Shown piece after piece: positions 54,190-63,405 of a DNA stretch of 64,000 bases; the stretch's first letter is position 1; each line of letters starts with the position of its first letter. The position numbers and the translations under genes are program-made. Location of the stretch: positions 91,692-155,691 of the forward strand of contig JANQNR010000010.1 in assembly GCA_028279475.1 (NCBI GenBank). Direction: 5' to 3'. This stretch comes from Rickettsiales bacterium (GTDB lineage Bacteria > Pseudomonadota > Alphaproteobacteria > Rickettsiales > UBA998). The notes under the pieces were generated by a model. The model had not been told where the DNA came from. It did not search any database and saw only the letters and a list, made by a program, of their open reading frames with translations.

Positions 54190-55343
54190 TGATAGGGGGT
54201 TGTGTGCGTGAGTGAGCCGAATTTACGTCGTGTCAGTCCCAAAATACACCCGGCAGTCATGGCCATGGCGAGCAACGACGAACCACCATAGCTCAAAAAG
54301 GGTAGCGTCATTCCCTTGGCTGGAAGTAGATGCACGGCAACACCCATATTGATGAATGCCTGTAATCCAAATTGTGCCACCAACCCAGTGACGGCCAGCA
54401 TGGGAAATAATTCCTGTACTTGTGCTGCCTTATAGAATCCACGAAGTACCAATGCCGCAAACATCATGATGGTGATGAGAGCAATGAATAATCCGAACTC
54501 TTCACCAATCACGGCATAAACAAAATCCGTATGCGCGTCGGGTAGCGACCATTTCACATCCCCTGCACCAGGACCCTGGCCAATCAACCCGCCGGAGGCA
54601 AAAGCCTCCAATGATTTGTTGACCTGGTAATTATCGGTTGAAGAAGGATCCAAAAACCCGTTAATCCGGTCGGCGACATGGGGAAACCAATGATACGCAC
54701 CAATCAGGATAGCGATCCCGACCACGCCTATCAACAGTACCCATAGCATGGGGATACCGGAAAGGAAGAGTTGTACGGCGAAGATGCTGGTCAACACCAT
54801 CAGCATGCCGATATCTGGTTGGAGCAAGAGCAGCAAGGCAGCAAAAACATACAGTCCTGAGGCGATTCGATAGCCAGGGAAACCGGGAATCTGCTGGCGC
54901 TCTGACAATACCCAGGCAACGACAATGACGAAGCACGGTTTCATAAATTCCGAGGGTTGCAGCGAGAGTGGTCCCAGCTTGAGCCAGCGTGTGGCACCTT
55001 TGGCGTCCATGCCTAGTACCGGTAATAAGGCCATAATGACCAGCGTGCCGAGCAGGCCGATACTGGCCAGTCGCCGAATAGTGCGACGTTCTAACGTCGC
55101 GAACCAGAGCATGGTAATGAAAGAGAGCAGAACAAACACCCATTGCCGAATCACGAAATGATATGGTTCCATACCGATACGGCGCGCGACCGGAGGACTG
55201 GACGCCAGTACCAGCACCGATCCGACAACCAGCAACGATAAAAAACCGGCCAGCAACCAACGATCGACCGTCCACCACAAAATATTAATCCGCCCAGCCC
55301 GCGTCCGGTCACGCCACATGCTTTCCCCCCAAACCCGTGACAC
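54171..55343 (-). CDS. ftsW: Cell division protein FtsW (SEDS family)
   Basis: A 10-TM SEDS pattern with SLQPSEFMKP, LLLLQPD.G, P.AHTDF.YAVIGEE.G and LP.KGMTLPF.SYGGSS. The start could be 55343 or 55319. Confidence 0.9.
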   Translation of the reverse strand: MSRVWGESMWRDRTRAGRINILWWTVDRWLLAGFLSLLVVGSVLVLASSPPVARRIGMEPYHFVIRQWVFVLLSFITMLWFATLERRTIRRLASIGLLGTLVIMALLPVLGMDAKGATRWLKLGPLSLQPSEFMKPCFVIVVAWVLSERQQIPGFPGYRIASGLYVFAALLLLLQPDIGMLMVLTSIFAVQLFLSGIPMLWVLLIGVVGIAILIGAYHWFPHVADRINGFLDPSSTDNYQVNKSLEAFASGGLIGQGPGAGDVKWSLPDAHTDFVYAVIGEEFGLFIALITIMMFAALVLRGFYKAAQVQELFPMLAVTGLVAQFGLQAFINMGVAVHLLPAKGMTLPFLSYGGSSLLAMAMTAGCILGLTRRKFGSLTHTTPYHWSATS

Positions 55344-55404
55344 TATTCATAACGTTCAACTATAATGTGTCTGGTTGGATTTGGACAGCGAAAATATTAG
55401 ATAG

Positions 55405-55540
55405 TGTAGGCACGAGATTTATGAATGAAGTCAAAACAGCAGGTTACGAGAACCGCAACGGAGTTGTACGTAAAAGTACATGAGTAGCGGAAGCGCAGTA
55501 ATCCTGATGTTTGCAGCCATTCAGAGACTCGTGACGGCAC
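55405..55540. repeat. Possible divergent member of the family C/F palindromic elements
   Basis: The ends ggcacgag ... ctcgtg(ac)ggcac are inverted. The core gagaaccgcaacggagttgtacgtaaaagtacatgag resembles the reverse complement of the 59817-59956 core (gagaaccggagtgtaagacatacatgag). The alignment is by eye only. Confidence 0.35.
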
Positions 55541-55611
55541 TATCTAGAGTGGGATGTATCAGCATTTCTCTGCTTGCCTTCGCCCTCGCATCACGCTAGC
55601 TCTGGGGCGCT

Positions 55612-56886
55612 ATGCATGATTTGAAATTTATACGTGAACATCCGGACGCATTTGACGCAGCAATGCACAAACGTGGACTAGAACCGCAGGCAACGCAGAT
55701 GCTAGCGCTGGATGAAGCGCGGCGCGCTTTGATCACCGAACAGGGTGAGTTACAGAATCAACGCAACACGCTGGCCAAACAGATTGGTATGAAGAAAAAA
55801 GCCGGAGAGGATGCGGACGATCTCATGGCCGAGTCGAAAACCATCAATACCCGCATTGCCGCCATTGATGCTGAATTAACCGAAGAATCAGAACTGGATC
55901 GGTTGCTGGCATCGCTACCGAATATCCTGGCCGATGATGTCCCGGATGGCAGTGATGAAGACGCCAATATCCTGCGTCACACATGGGGTGAGAAGCCAAG
56001 CCTTGCCTGTGAGCCAAAGCAGCATTTCGATCTCGGTGAAGCGCTCGGCATGATGGATTTTGAAGCGGCGGCAAAGATGTCCGGCGCGCGGTTTGTTGTG
56101 TTGAAGGACGGGTTAGCGCGCATGGAACGGGCGCTGGCGGCTTTGATGCTCGATATTCACACGCAGCAATTCGACTATGAAGAGGTGGTGCCGCCACTAT
56201 TGGTACGGGATCAGGCAATGTTCGGCACCGGGCAACTGCCCAAATTCGCGGAGGATAGTTTCCGCACCACGGATGGCTATTGGCTGATTCCCACCGCCGA
56301 AGTGTCGCTGACCAACCTGGTGGCAGACAGTATTCTTAGCGAGGAAGAGCTGCCGAAGCGTTTCTGTGCTTACACGCCATGCTTTCGTTCCGAGGCCGGA
56401 TCGGCAGGCCGGGATACGCGCGGCATGATCCGTCAACATCAGTTTTCCAAAGTCGAAATGGTGAGCATTACGACACCGGAACAATCAGTAGAAGAACATG
56501 AACGTATGCTTGGCGCGGCGGAACAGGTGTTGCAAACGCTGGGGCTACATTATCGGGTCATGGCGCTCTGTAGCGGCGATACCGGGTTTGGGTCCCAAAA
56601 AACCTATGATATTGAAGTGTGGCTGCCGGGGCAGGATGCCTACCGCGAAATTTCCAGCTGCTCCAATTTCGGCGCATTCCAGGCGCGTCGGATGAAGGCA
56701 CGCTTCCGCCGCACGGGTGAGAAAAAGCCGGAACCCGTGCACACGCTCAACGGCTCCGGGCTGGCCATTGGCCGTACCATGGTTGCTATCCTGGAAAATT
56801 ACCAACAAGCAGACGGTACTATTGTGATACCGAATGCGCTGGTGCCGTATATGGGTGGGCTCTCGGAATTGAGAATTGAGAATTGA
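55612..56886 (+). CDS. serS: Seryl-tRNA synthetase
   Basis: The N-terminal coiled-coil arm is followed by class II motifs (FRSEAGS.GRDTRG..R.HQF.KVE, GSGLA.GRT). Confidence 0.95.
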   Translation: MHDLKFIREHPDAFDAAMHKRGLEPQATQMLALDEARRALITEQGELQNQRNTLAKQIGMKKKAGEDADDLMAESKTINTRIAAIDAELTEESELDRLLASLPNILADDVPDGSDEDANILRHTWGEKPSLACEPKQHFDLGEALGMMDFEAAAKMSGARFVVLKDGLARMERALAALMLDIHTQQFDYEEVVPPLLVRDQAMFGTGQLPKFAEDSFRTTDGYWLIPTAEVSLTNLVADSILSEEELPKRFCAYTPCFRSEAGSAGRDTRGMIRQHQFSKVEMVSITTPEQSVEEHERMLGAAEQVLQTLGLHYRVMALCSGDTGFGSQKTYDIEVWLPGQDAYREISSCSNFGAFQARRMKARFRRTGEKKPEPVHTLNGSGLAIGRTMVAILENYQQADGTIVIPNALVPYMGGLSELRIEN

Positions 56887-56907
56887 GAATCGGGATTACC
56901 GCCTATC

Positions 56908-59688
56908 ATGTCTTCGATTCCCGATTCCCACATTCCCAATTCTAATACCCTCCTCCTCATTGACGGCTCCGGTTTCATCTTTCGTGCCTATCATAAATTG
57001 CCGCCGCTGACCCGTGCGGACGGGACACCCACCGGCGCAGTGTACGGCTTTACCACCATGCTATTAAAACTGCGCGAAGAGACGCAAGCGACCCATGCGG
57101 CGGTGGTGTTTGATGCCAAAGGCAAGAACTTCCGGCATGATCTGTATGAAGCGTACAAGGCGAATCGTCCTCCTGCACCGGAAGATCTGATCCCGCAATT
57201 TCCCCTCGTGCGCGACGCCGCTCGCGCGATGAGTCTGCCGGTCATTGAGCAGGAAGGCGTGGAAGCCGATGACATCATTGCTACCTATGCAAAGCAGGGA
57301 GCACAGCAGGGCATGCAGGTATCGATTGTGTCTTCCGATAAGGATTTGATGCAATTGCTGGGTGACGGCGTCACCATGTTCGACCCGATGAAAAACAAAC
57401 CACTGACACTGGAGGATGTCGAAGCCAAATTCGGCGTCACGCCGGATCAGGTGGTGGAAGTGCAGGCGCTGATGGGGGACAGCACCGACAATATTCCCGG
57501 TGTGCCGGGCATTGGCCCGAAAACGGCAGCGGAACTGATTCAGCGGTTTGGCACACTGGAAAACCTGCTGGATCACACACACGAAATCACCCAGAAGAAG
57601 CGCCGGGAAATGCTGGAAACTCATCGCGAGTTAGCGCTAATCTCAAAGCAGCTCGTTACCTTGAAGGCGGATTGCGATGGCCTGCCGGATGTGGATAGTT
57701 TCGGTATGCCGGACTTTGATGTGGCGCGATTACTGGAATTCTGTGAGGAACAGAATTTCACCACGATCGGCAAGCGCTTACGTAAACACTATGGAGTAGA
57801 AACAGCAGAGACCGACAGTTCAGCGAGTGCGGCGCTAAGCGATAAGCGAGACTATCACACCATCACCACCATCGAACAATTGCAGGAGGTGATACGCCAG
57901 ATTGAGCAGGTGGGACACGTGGCCTTTGATGTCGAAACGACGTCACTGGATGCAACCCAGGCGGAACTGGTCGGGCTGTCGCTGTGCAGTGAGATCGGTA
58001 CCGCCTGTTACCTGCCGTTGCAACATAAACAGGCAGACAGCGCAGGCGGGGATTTGTTTGCGCAGCAAACTACTCTGGCAGGAGGGCAAGTGCCGCTACA
58101 AGAAGCACTGTCCGCATTGAAGTCGATGCTGGAATCTCCCGCGATTCTCAAAATCGGTCAGAACATCAAATATGATGCGCTAGTGATGCGATCTTACGGC
58201 ATCGACATTACTGCGATGGATGACACCATGCTGCTCTCCTATTGTCTGGGGGCAGGTGCGCATAACCACAATATGGATGAGCTGGCAAAACGCCATCTGG
58301 ACATCACCCCTATCCCGTTTAAGGAGGTGGTCGGCACCGGTAAGGCGCAAATCACGTTTGATTACGTGCCTATCGAATGTGCCACCGACTATGCGGCGGA
58401 AGATGCTGACATCACCCTGCGGCTATGGACATTACTCAAACCGCAATTGCTCCTGTCGCATTTAAGCGCCGTGTATGAGCGCCTGGAACGCCCGCTCGTG
58501 CCGGTGATTACCGCCATGGAAGCGCATGGCGTGAAGGTCGATCGCACACGGCTGACGCATTTATCCAACCGCTTCGCCACCGATATGCACACGCTGGAGC
58601 AGGAAATCTACCGGCTGGCCGGGCAGCATTTCAATATTGGATCGCCGAAGCAACTGGGTGAGATTCTGTTTGATTCGCTGGCGCTGGCAAAAGGCAAGAA
58701 ATCCTCCAAAAGCGGTGCCTATGTCACCGATGCGGAAACGCTGGAGGAATTGACAGCGCAGGGACATGCATTGCCGGAAAAGGTGCTGGCCTGGCGACAA
58801 CTCTCCAAACTGAAAAGCACCTATACCGATGCGCTGATGCAGCAGATTCACCCAAAGACCGAACGCATCCATACCAGCTATTCGCTGGCGGCGACATCCA
58901 CCGGTCGCCTGAGTTCGTCCGATCCGAACCTGCAAAACATCCCGATTCGCACTGAGCAGGGGCGGATGATCCGCGAGGCGTTCATTGCCGAGGGCGGGTT
59001 CACTCTAATGGCGGCGGATTATTCGCAGATCGAGCTGCGCCTGCTTGCGCATATTGCCGGGATTAATGCGCTCAAAGATGCCTTCCGTGAGAATAAGGAT
59101 ATTCATGCCATCACCGCGTCGCAGGTATTTGGAGTGTCACCGAAAGCTGTGGATGGTGAGCTTCGCCGCAAGGCCAAGACCATCAATTTCGGCATTATCT
59201 ATGGCATCAGCGCCCATGGGCTGGCCACCCGGCTGGCGATTCCCAGAACGCAGGCGGCGGAATATATCGAGGCGTATTTCACCCAATATCCGGGGATTCG
59301 ACGCTATATGGAACGGGTCAAAGAAGAAGCCAGAGAGCAGGGCTACGTGACAACCTTGTGGGGGCGGCGCTGTCACACGCCGTTGATCCATGACAAAAAC
59401 CCCAATCGCCGCGCCTTTGCCGAGCGCGCCGCGATTAATGCGCCGTTGCAGGGCAGTGCGGCGGACATTATCAAGCGCGCCATGATCGCCGTGGATCGGT
59501 TACTGCGACAGGAACAGGCAACATCACGCATGTTGTTGCAGGTGCATGATGAACTGGTCTTTGAAATCGCGGACGGGGAAGACGCGCTCATTCCACGGAT
59601 TCAGCGCACCATGGAACAGGCTGCCGCGCTGGATGTGCCATTGGTGGTAGAGACCGGCACCGGCCAGCATTGGGGCGAAGCGCATTGA
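56908..59688 (+). CDS. polA: DNA polymerase I
   Basis: The 5'-nuclease domain is LLLIDGSGFIFRAYH. The 3'-5' exonuclease domain is FDVETTSLD. The polymerase motifs are DYSQIELR, RRKAKTINFGIIYG and QVHDELVFE. Confidence 0.95.
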   Translation: MSSIPDSHIPNSNTLLLIDGSGFIFRAYHKLPPLTRADGTPTGAVYGFTTMLLKLREETQATHAAVVFDAKGKNFRHDLYEAYKANRPPAPEDLIPQFPLVRDAARAMSLPVIEQEGVEADDIIATYAKQGAQQGMQVSIVSSDKDLMQLLGDGVTMFDPMKNKPLTLEDVEAKFGVTPDQVVEVQALMGDSTDNIPGVPGIGPKTAAELIQRFGTLENLLDHTHEITQKKRREMLETHRELALISKQLVTLKADCDGLPDVDSFGMPDFDVARLLEFCEEQNFTTIGKRLRKHYGVETAETDSSASAALSDKRDYHTITTIEQLQEVIRQIEQVGHVAFDVETTSLDATQAELVGLSLCSEIGTACYLPLQHKQADSAGGDLFAQQTTLAGGQVPLQEALSALKSMLESPAILKIGQNIKYDALVMRSYGIDITAMDDTMLLSYCLGAGAHNHNMDELAKRHLDITPIPFKEVVGTGKAQITFDYVPIECATDYAAEDADITLRLWTLLKPQLLLSHLSAVYERLERPLVPVITAMEAHGVKVDRTRLTHLSNRFATDMHTLEQEIYRLAGQHFNIGSPKQLGEILFDSLALAKGKKSSKSGAYVTDAETLEELTAQGHALPEKVLAWRQLSKLKSTYTDALMQQIHPKTERIHTSYSLAATSTGRLSSSDPNLQNIPIRTEQGRMIREAFIAEGGFTLMAADYSQIELRLLAHIAGINALKDAFRENKDIHAITASQVFGVSPKAVDGELRRKAKTINFGIIYGISAHGLATRLAIPRTQAAEYIEAYFTQYPGIRRYMERVKEEAREQGYVTTLWGRRCHTPLIHDKNPNRRAFAERAAINAPLQGSAADIIKRAMIAVDRLLRQEQATSRMLLQVHDELVFEIADGEDALIPRIQRTMEQAAALDVPLVVETGTGQHWGEAH

Positions 59689-59722
59689 TCCCGATCATTA
59701 ATTGGAAATCTACTACTATAAA

Positions 59723-59798
59723 TGGTAGGGGTGGAGGGACTTGAACCCCCGACAAAGGCGTTATGAGCGCCCTGCTCTAACCACTGAGCTACACCCCC
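59723..59798 (-). tRNA. tRNA with anticodon CAT, either elongator Met or lysidine-modified Ile2 (ileX-like body); not an initiator
   Basis: The reverse complement reads gggggtgtagctcagtggttagagcagggcgctCATaacgcctttgtcgggggttcaagtccctccacccctacca. It lacks the three G-C pairs next to the anticodon loop. The D arm and T arm resemble E. coli ileX. Confidence 0.9.
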
Positions 59799-59816
59799 AT
59801 GGGTAATCGAAACTTT

Positions 59817-59956
59817 AGACCTCTTGCATAACCGGTTTTATACGGCATCTACTTTGTCGTGTCCGTCCTCAAATCCTCATGTATGTCTTACACTCCGGTT
59901 CTCCGGGCGGGCACTCCTCGTATCTGCTCGCCTAAAATCGGTTATGCAAGAGGTCT
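59817..59956. repeat. 140-bp element with 24-bp terminal inverted repeats (MITE-like), family F, 18 nt from the tRNA
   Basis: agacctcttgcataaccggtttta (59817-59840) and taaaatcggttatgcaagaggtct (59933-59956) form an inverted repeat with 1 mismatch. No ORF lies inside. Confidence 0.7.
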
Positions 59957-59991
59957 TTTGTATAACTTAGTGAATACGGACAAGCAAGGCG

Positions 59992-61077
59992 CTAAGCTGC
60001 TTTAGAAAGCCCTATGGCCTGTTCATCAGCAAGCGCACAACGGCACTGGCCGAACTCCGCCGGACAGTAACGGGTTTTATGCGCGTTAATCAATGCTTCC
60101 TCCGATTCCACTGACAGGCAGAGTTCCTTTAACCCTTCAATGAAATGTTCCTGTACACCCAATGCCGGAATGCGGTGATATTCCGGTACGCCATGCTCAT
60201 CGGCCAGTTCCTTATATTCAATATCCAGTTCCACCAATGTTTCCGAATGTTCCGACACAAAGGCGACCGGCACTAAAATAATCGGCACCTTATCCTTACC
60301 CGCGCGGATAATCTCTTCCTCCGTTGAGGGACCAATCCATTTAAGCGGACCAACCCGGCTCTGGTAGCACACCACATAATCGAGCTGATCAAACATCAGC
60401 AGCTTGATAATCCTCTCAGCCGTACGCTCCACCTGCCATTGATAGGGATCGCCCGCCTGAATGATCTTCTCCGGCAATCCATGTGCCGAAAACAGTACCC
60501 GTGGACGCGCACTGGCCGCCACCTGAAAATAAACATCGCGTAACAATGCACCATGCGCATTGATGAAGGATTGCTGATCGGCATAACAGCAAACGTGCGT
60601 GGTCGGTGCATCCAGTCCTGCTGCTTTTGCCGCCCGTTTCCAATCGTCAAACGAGGATTGCGTCGTGGTTGTGGAGTATTGCGGATAGAGCGGTAACAAA
60701 ATGACATGATCCGGATCATATTCCTTCACCCGCGCCACTACCTCGTCACTCATCGGGTGCCAGTAACGCATGCATACGAACAGCTTACAGTCTCCTTCCG
60801 ATTCCAGCGCCGATTCCAGCGCCGATTTTTGCGCCATGGTCTGTTCCAGAATCGGTGACTTTCCACCAATTTCATCATAAATTTCCTGGGCAATGGGTGT
60901 ACGTTTCCAGGCAATAAAACGCGCTAAATTCTTGCGAACAAACCCGGGAGCACCAATAATCGCCGGATCATTGAACAGATTAAATAAAAACGGTTTCACC
61001 GATTCCGGCCCATCCGGTCCACCCAAATTCAACAGCACAATCGCTGTCTTGGTCTCTTTTGAAATGACTCGTGCCAT
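59992..61077 (-). CDS. hemH: Ferrochelatase
   Basis: ILLNLGGPD, LPLYPQYS.TT, FSAHGLP and AFVSEHSETL, plus a C-terminal Cys cluster. Confidence 0.95.
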   Translation of the reverse strand: MARVISKETKTAIVLLNLGGPDGPESVKPFLFNLFNDPAIIGAPGFVRKNLARFIAWKRTPIAQEIYDEIGGKSPILEQTMAQKSALESALESEGDCKLFVCMRYWHPMSDEVVARVKEYDPDHVILLPLYPQYSTTTTQSSFDDWKRAAKAAGLDAPTTHVCCYADQQSFINAHGALLRDVYFQVAASARPRVLFSAHGLPEKIIQAGDPYQWQVERTAERIIKLLMFDQLDYVVCYQSRVGPLKWIGPSTEEEIIRAGKDKVPIILVPVAFVSEHSETLVELDIEYKELADEHGVPEYHRIPALGVQEHFIEGLKELCLSVESEEALINAHKTRYCPAEFGQCRCALADEQAIGLSKAA

Positions 61078-61081
61078 GCCG

Positions 61082-62107
61082 TTATTCCTCCCGGATACAC
61101 TCCACCAATTCTTTCATATGCGATGGCGGCGTCGATGGCAAGACACCATGTCCCAGATTAAATACAAACGGACGATCTGCCATCACCTCTTTTAAGCGCT
61201 TCACTTCTGCCCGGACATACGCCATATCATGCACCAGCGCCAATGGATCGAGATTACCCTGCAAAACGATCGACTCCGGTATTCTTCGTGCTAGGATTCC
61301 CATATCCGTATACATATCCACTGACAAACCATCCGGTATCACCATCTCTGCATAACGCATCATATCCGCTGCACCGATAGCACGCGGAAATCCAATGACG
61401 GGTACATCGGGATGTGCAGCACGGATTGCTTCAACGATACGCTTTGCCGGTGCAAACACCAATGCTTCCCGTTTCCCTGCCGGGACATGCGATGCCCAGC
61501 TATCGAACAATTGTACTGCCTGCGCACCGGCTTCGATTTGTGCGATTAGATGCGCTGTGACTGCTTCCGTTAATGTTTCAATCAGCGCTGCAACTAGCCC
61601 TGGTGTTTTGTAAATCGCGCTGCGTGCGTTAATGAAATCCTGTTTTCCATTGCCGTCCAACATGTAACACAGCAATGTCCACGGTGCGCCTGCAAATCCA
61701 ATTAACGCCGTATCATCCGGCAATTCCTGGCGCGTTATACGCAACGCTTCATAGACCGGTTGAAGAAACTCGATCATAGCATCCTGATTCAATGCACTCA
61801 CGTCTTCTTCGGTTTCCAAAGGTTCGAGCCATGGTCCCTGCCCTTTGACGAAGGATAAATCTCGTCCAAGTCCGTGCGGTACCACCAATATGTCGGAAAA
61901 AATAATGGCTGCATCCATGCCAAACCGACGAATTGGTTGCAGCGTTACCTCACACGCTAGTTCCGGTGTATAGCATAAGGTCAGAAAATCACCTGCATCT
62001 TCTCTCAGTGCCCGATATTCGGGCAAATACCGACCAGCCTGTCGCATGATCCAGCATGGTGGAACGGTTGATATATGCCCTTGAAACGGTGCGAGAAATG
62101 GAATCAT
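61082..62107 (-). CDS. hemE: Uroporphyrinogen decarboxylase
   Basis: PPCWIMRQAGRYLPEYR, DAAIIFSDILV, GFAGAPWTL and FNLGHG. Confidence 0.95.
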   Translation of the reverse strand: MIPFLAPFQGHISTVPPCWIMRQAGRYLPEYRALREDAGDFLTLCYTPELACEVTLQPIRRFGMDAAIIFSDILVVPHGLGRDLSFVKGQGPWLEPLETEEDVSALNQDAMIEFLQPVYEALRITRQELPDDTALIGFAGAPWTLLCYMLDGNGKQDFINARSAIYKTPGLVAALIETLTEAVTAHLIAQIEAGAQAVQLFDSWASHVPAGKREALVFAPAKRIVEAIRAAHPDVPVIGFPRAIGAADMMRYAEMVIPDGLSVDMYTDMGILARRIPESIVLQGNLDPLALVHDMAYVRAEVKRLKEVMADRPFVFNLGHGVLPSTPPSHMKELVECIREE

Positions 62108-62580
62108 GGAGGCACTATAAAGCCGCGTTTACAGAAAGCAAGTATCTCTCATCATATGGAAGTATCCATTATGAGACGAACAAGAAAGCTCCCATATAAA
62201 AATAAAATAAATAATTTATGGTAGAAAGAGTAGATAGTGGAACGATAGGGAAATCGGGGATAAGTAATTATTCAATTTCTGTCCTTACGATTATCCACAT
62301 CCCAGAAGATGATAGATAATATATGAATAATGAAGAAGATATATAGGATTTTCATGGAGTATATTTGTGTAAATCAAAGATGTGAAGAATGGGGATAAGT
62401 ATCCTATCCCAGTTACGTTCATCCATAAGATTCACATGGCATCACTCTTTATAAGGTTAGGGTGAACCTTACCTGATCGCGTGGGCGAAATGGGGACAAA
62501 TGGCCTCCCTTGCTTTATCCGTCTCTCATGATATGACGGTTACAGAATTTATGCACAGGATTATCACTAGAAAAAAATCT
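62108..62580. other. Candidate chromosomal replication origin (AT-rich hemE-proximal intergenic region)
   Basis: A perfect DnaA box TTATCCACA lies at 62291-62299. TTATCCCCA lies on the minus strand at 62390-62398 (1 mismatch). TTATCCCCG lies on the minus strand at 62257-62265 (2 mismatches). An A/T tract lies at ~62190-62220. hemE adjacency is the conserved alphaproteobacterial oriC context. Confidence 0.45.
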
Positions 62581-63405
62581 ATGACAGGACAGATTCACAC
62601 CGTCATTATTATTCCGGCGCGTTATGCTTCGACGAGATTCCCGGGAAAACCATTGGCCATGATCGCCGGGCGAACCATGCTGGAGCGGGTCGTTGCGATT
62701 GCCCAAAAATCGGTAGAGAAGATGGGTTCGGAAGTGCAGGTGTTAGTTACCAGTGACGATGGCCGTATTGCCGAACATTGTGACCAGCTGGGGGTAATGT
62801 GCGTCATGACGAATGCCGCTTGTCCCAGTGGTACCGATCGAGTCGCGGAAGCAATACAGCAATTGCCGGACTCAGTGGATTTTATTATCAATTTTCAGGG
62901 GGACGCACCGCTGACGCCGCCACATTTTATACGAGCGATGATTGAAAGTTATAAAAACAGGCCATGCGATGTGGTAACGCCGGTGGTGCAACTGGATTGG
63001 CCGGCACTGGATGCGTTGCGCGATAGCAAGCAAGTCACGCCTTTCAGTGGTACCTGCGCAAGTTTTGTACCGGATTCAGGTCAGGCATTATGGTTCAGCA
63101 AAACTATTCTTCCTGCCATTCGTAAAGAGCAGGAATTACGAAAACAGCAATCAATGAGCCCCGTGTATCGGCATATCGGGTTATACGGCTATGCGCGTGA
63201 TGCGTTGCAACGTTTCCAGCAATTACCGGAAGGGTATTATGAAGCGTTGGAAGGATTAGAACAGTTGCGAATGCTGGAACATGGGATGCATATTCGTTGT
63301 GTTCCCGTATCCTATGAAGGCCGTGAAGGTATGTCCGGAGTCGATAGTCCGGAAGATGTAGCGCGTGCGGAAGCGCTTATTGCCAAATATGGAGAATTAG
63401 CGTGA
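62581..63405 (+). CDS. kdsB: 3-deoxy-manno-octulosonate cytidylyltransferase
   Basis: VIIIPARYASTRFPGKPL, VTSDDGRI, INFQGDAP, G.Y.Y and E.LEQLR.LE. The start is placed at MTGQIH. Confidence 0.9.
   Translation: MTGQIHTVIIIPARYASTRFPGKPLAMIAGRTMLERVVAIAQKSVEKMGSEVQVLVTSDDGRIAEHCDQLGVMCVMTNAACPSGTDRVAEAIQQLPDSVDFIINFQGDAPLTPPHFIRAMIESYKNRPCDVVTPVVQLDWPALDALRDSKQVTPFSGTCASFVPDSGQALWFSKTILPAIRKEQELRKQQSMSPVYRHIGLYGYARDALQRFQQLPEGYYEALEGLEQLRMLEHGMHIRCVPVSYEGREGMSGVDSPEDVARAEALIAKYGELA

Noticed and set aside
62108-62580. CtrA binding sites (TTAA-N7-TTAA) in the candidate origin
   Set aside because: I found no TTAA-N7-TTAA on either strand by eye. The origin call therefore rests only on DnaA boxes, AT-richness and hemE synteny.
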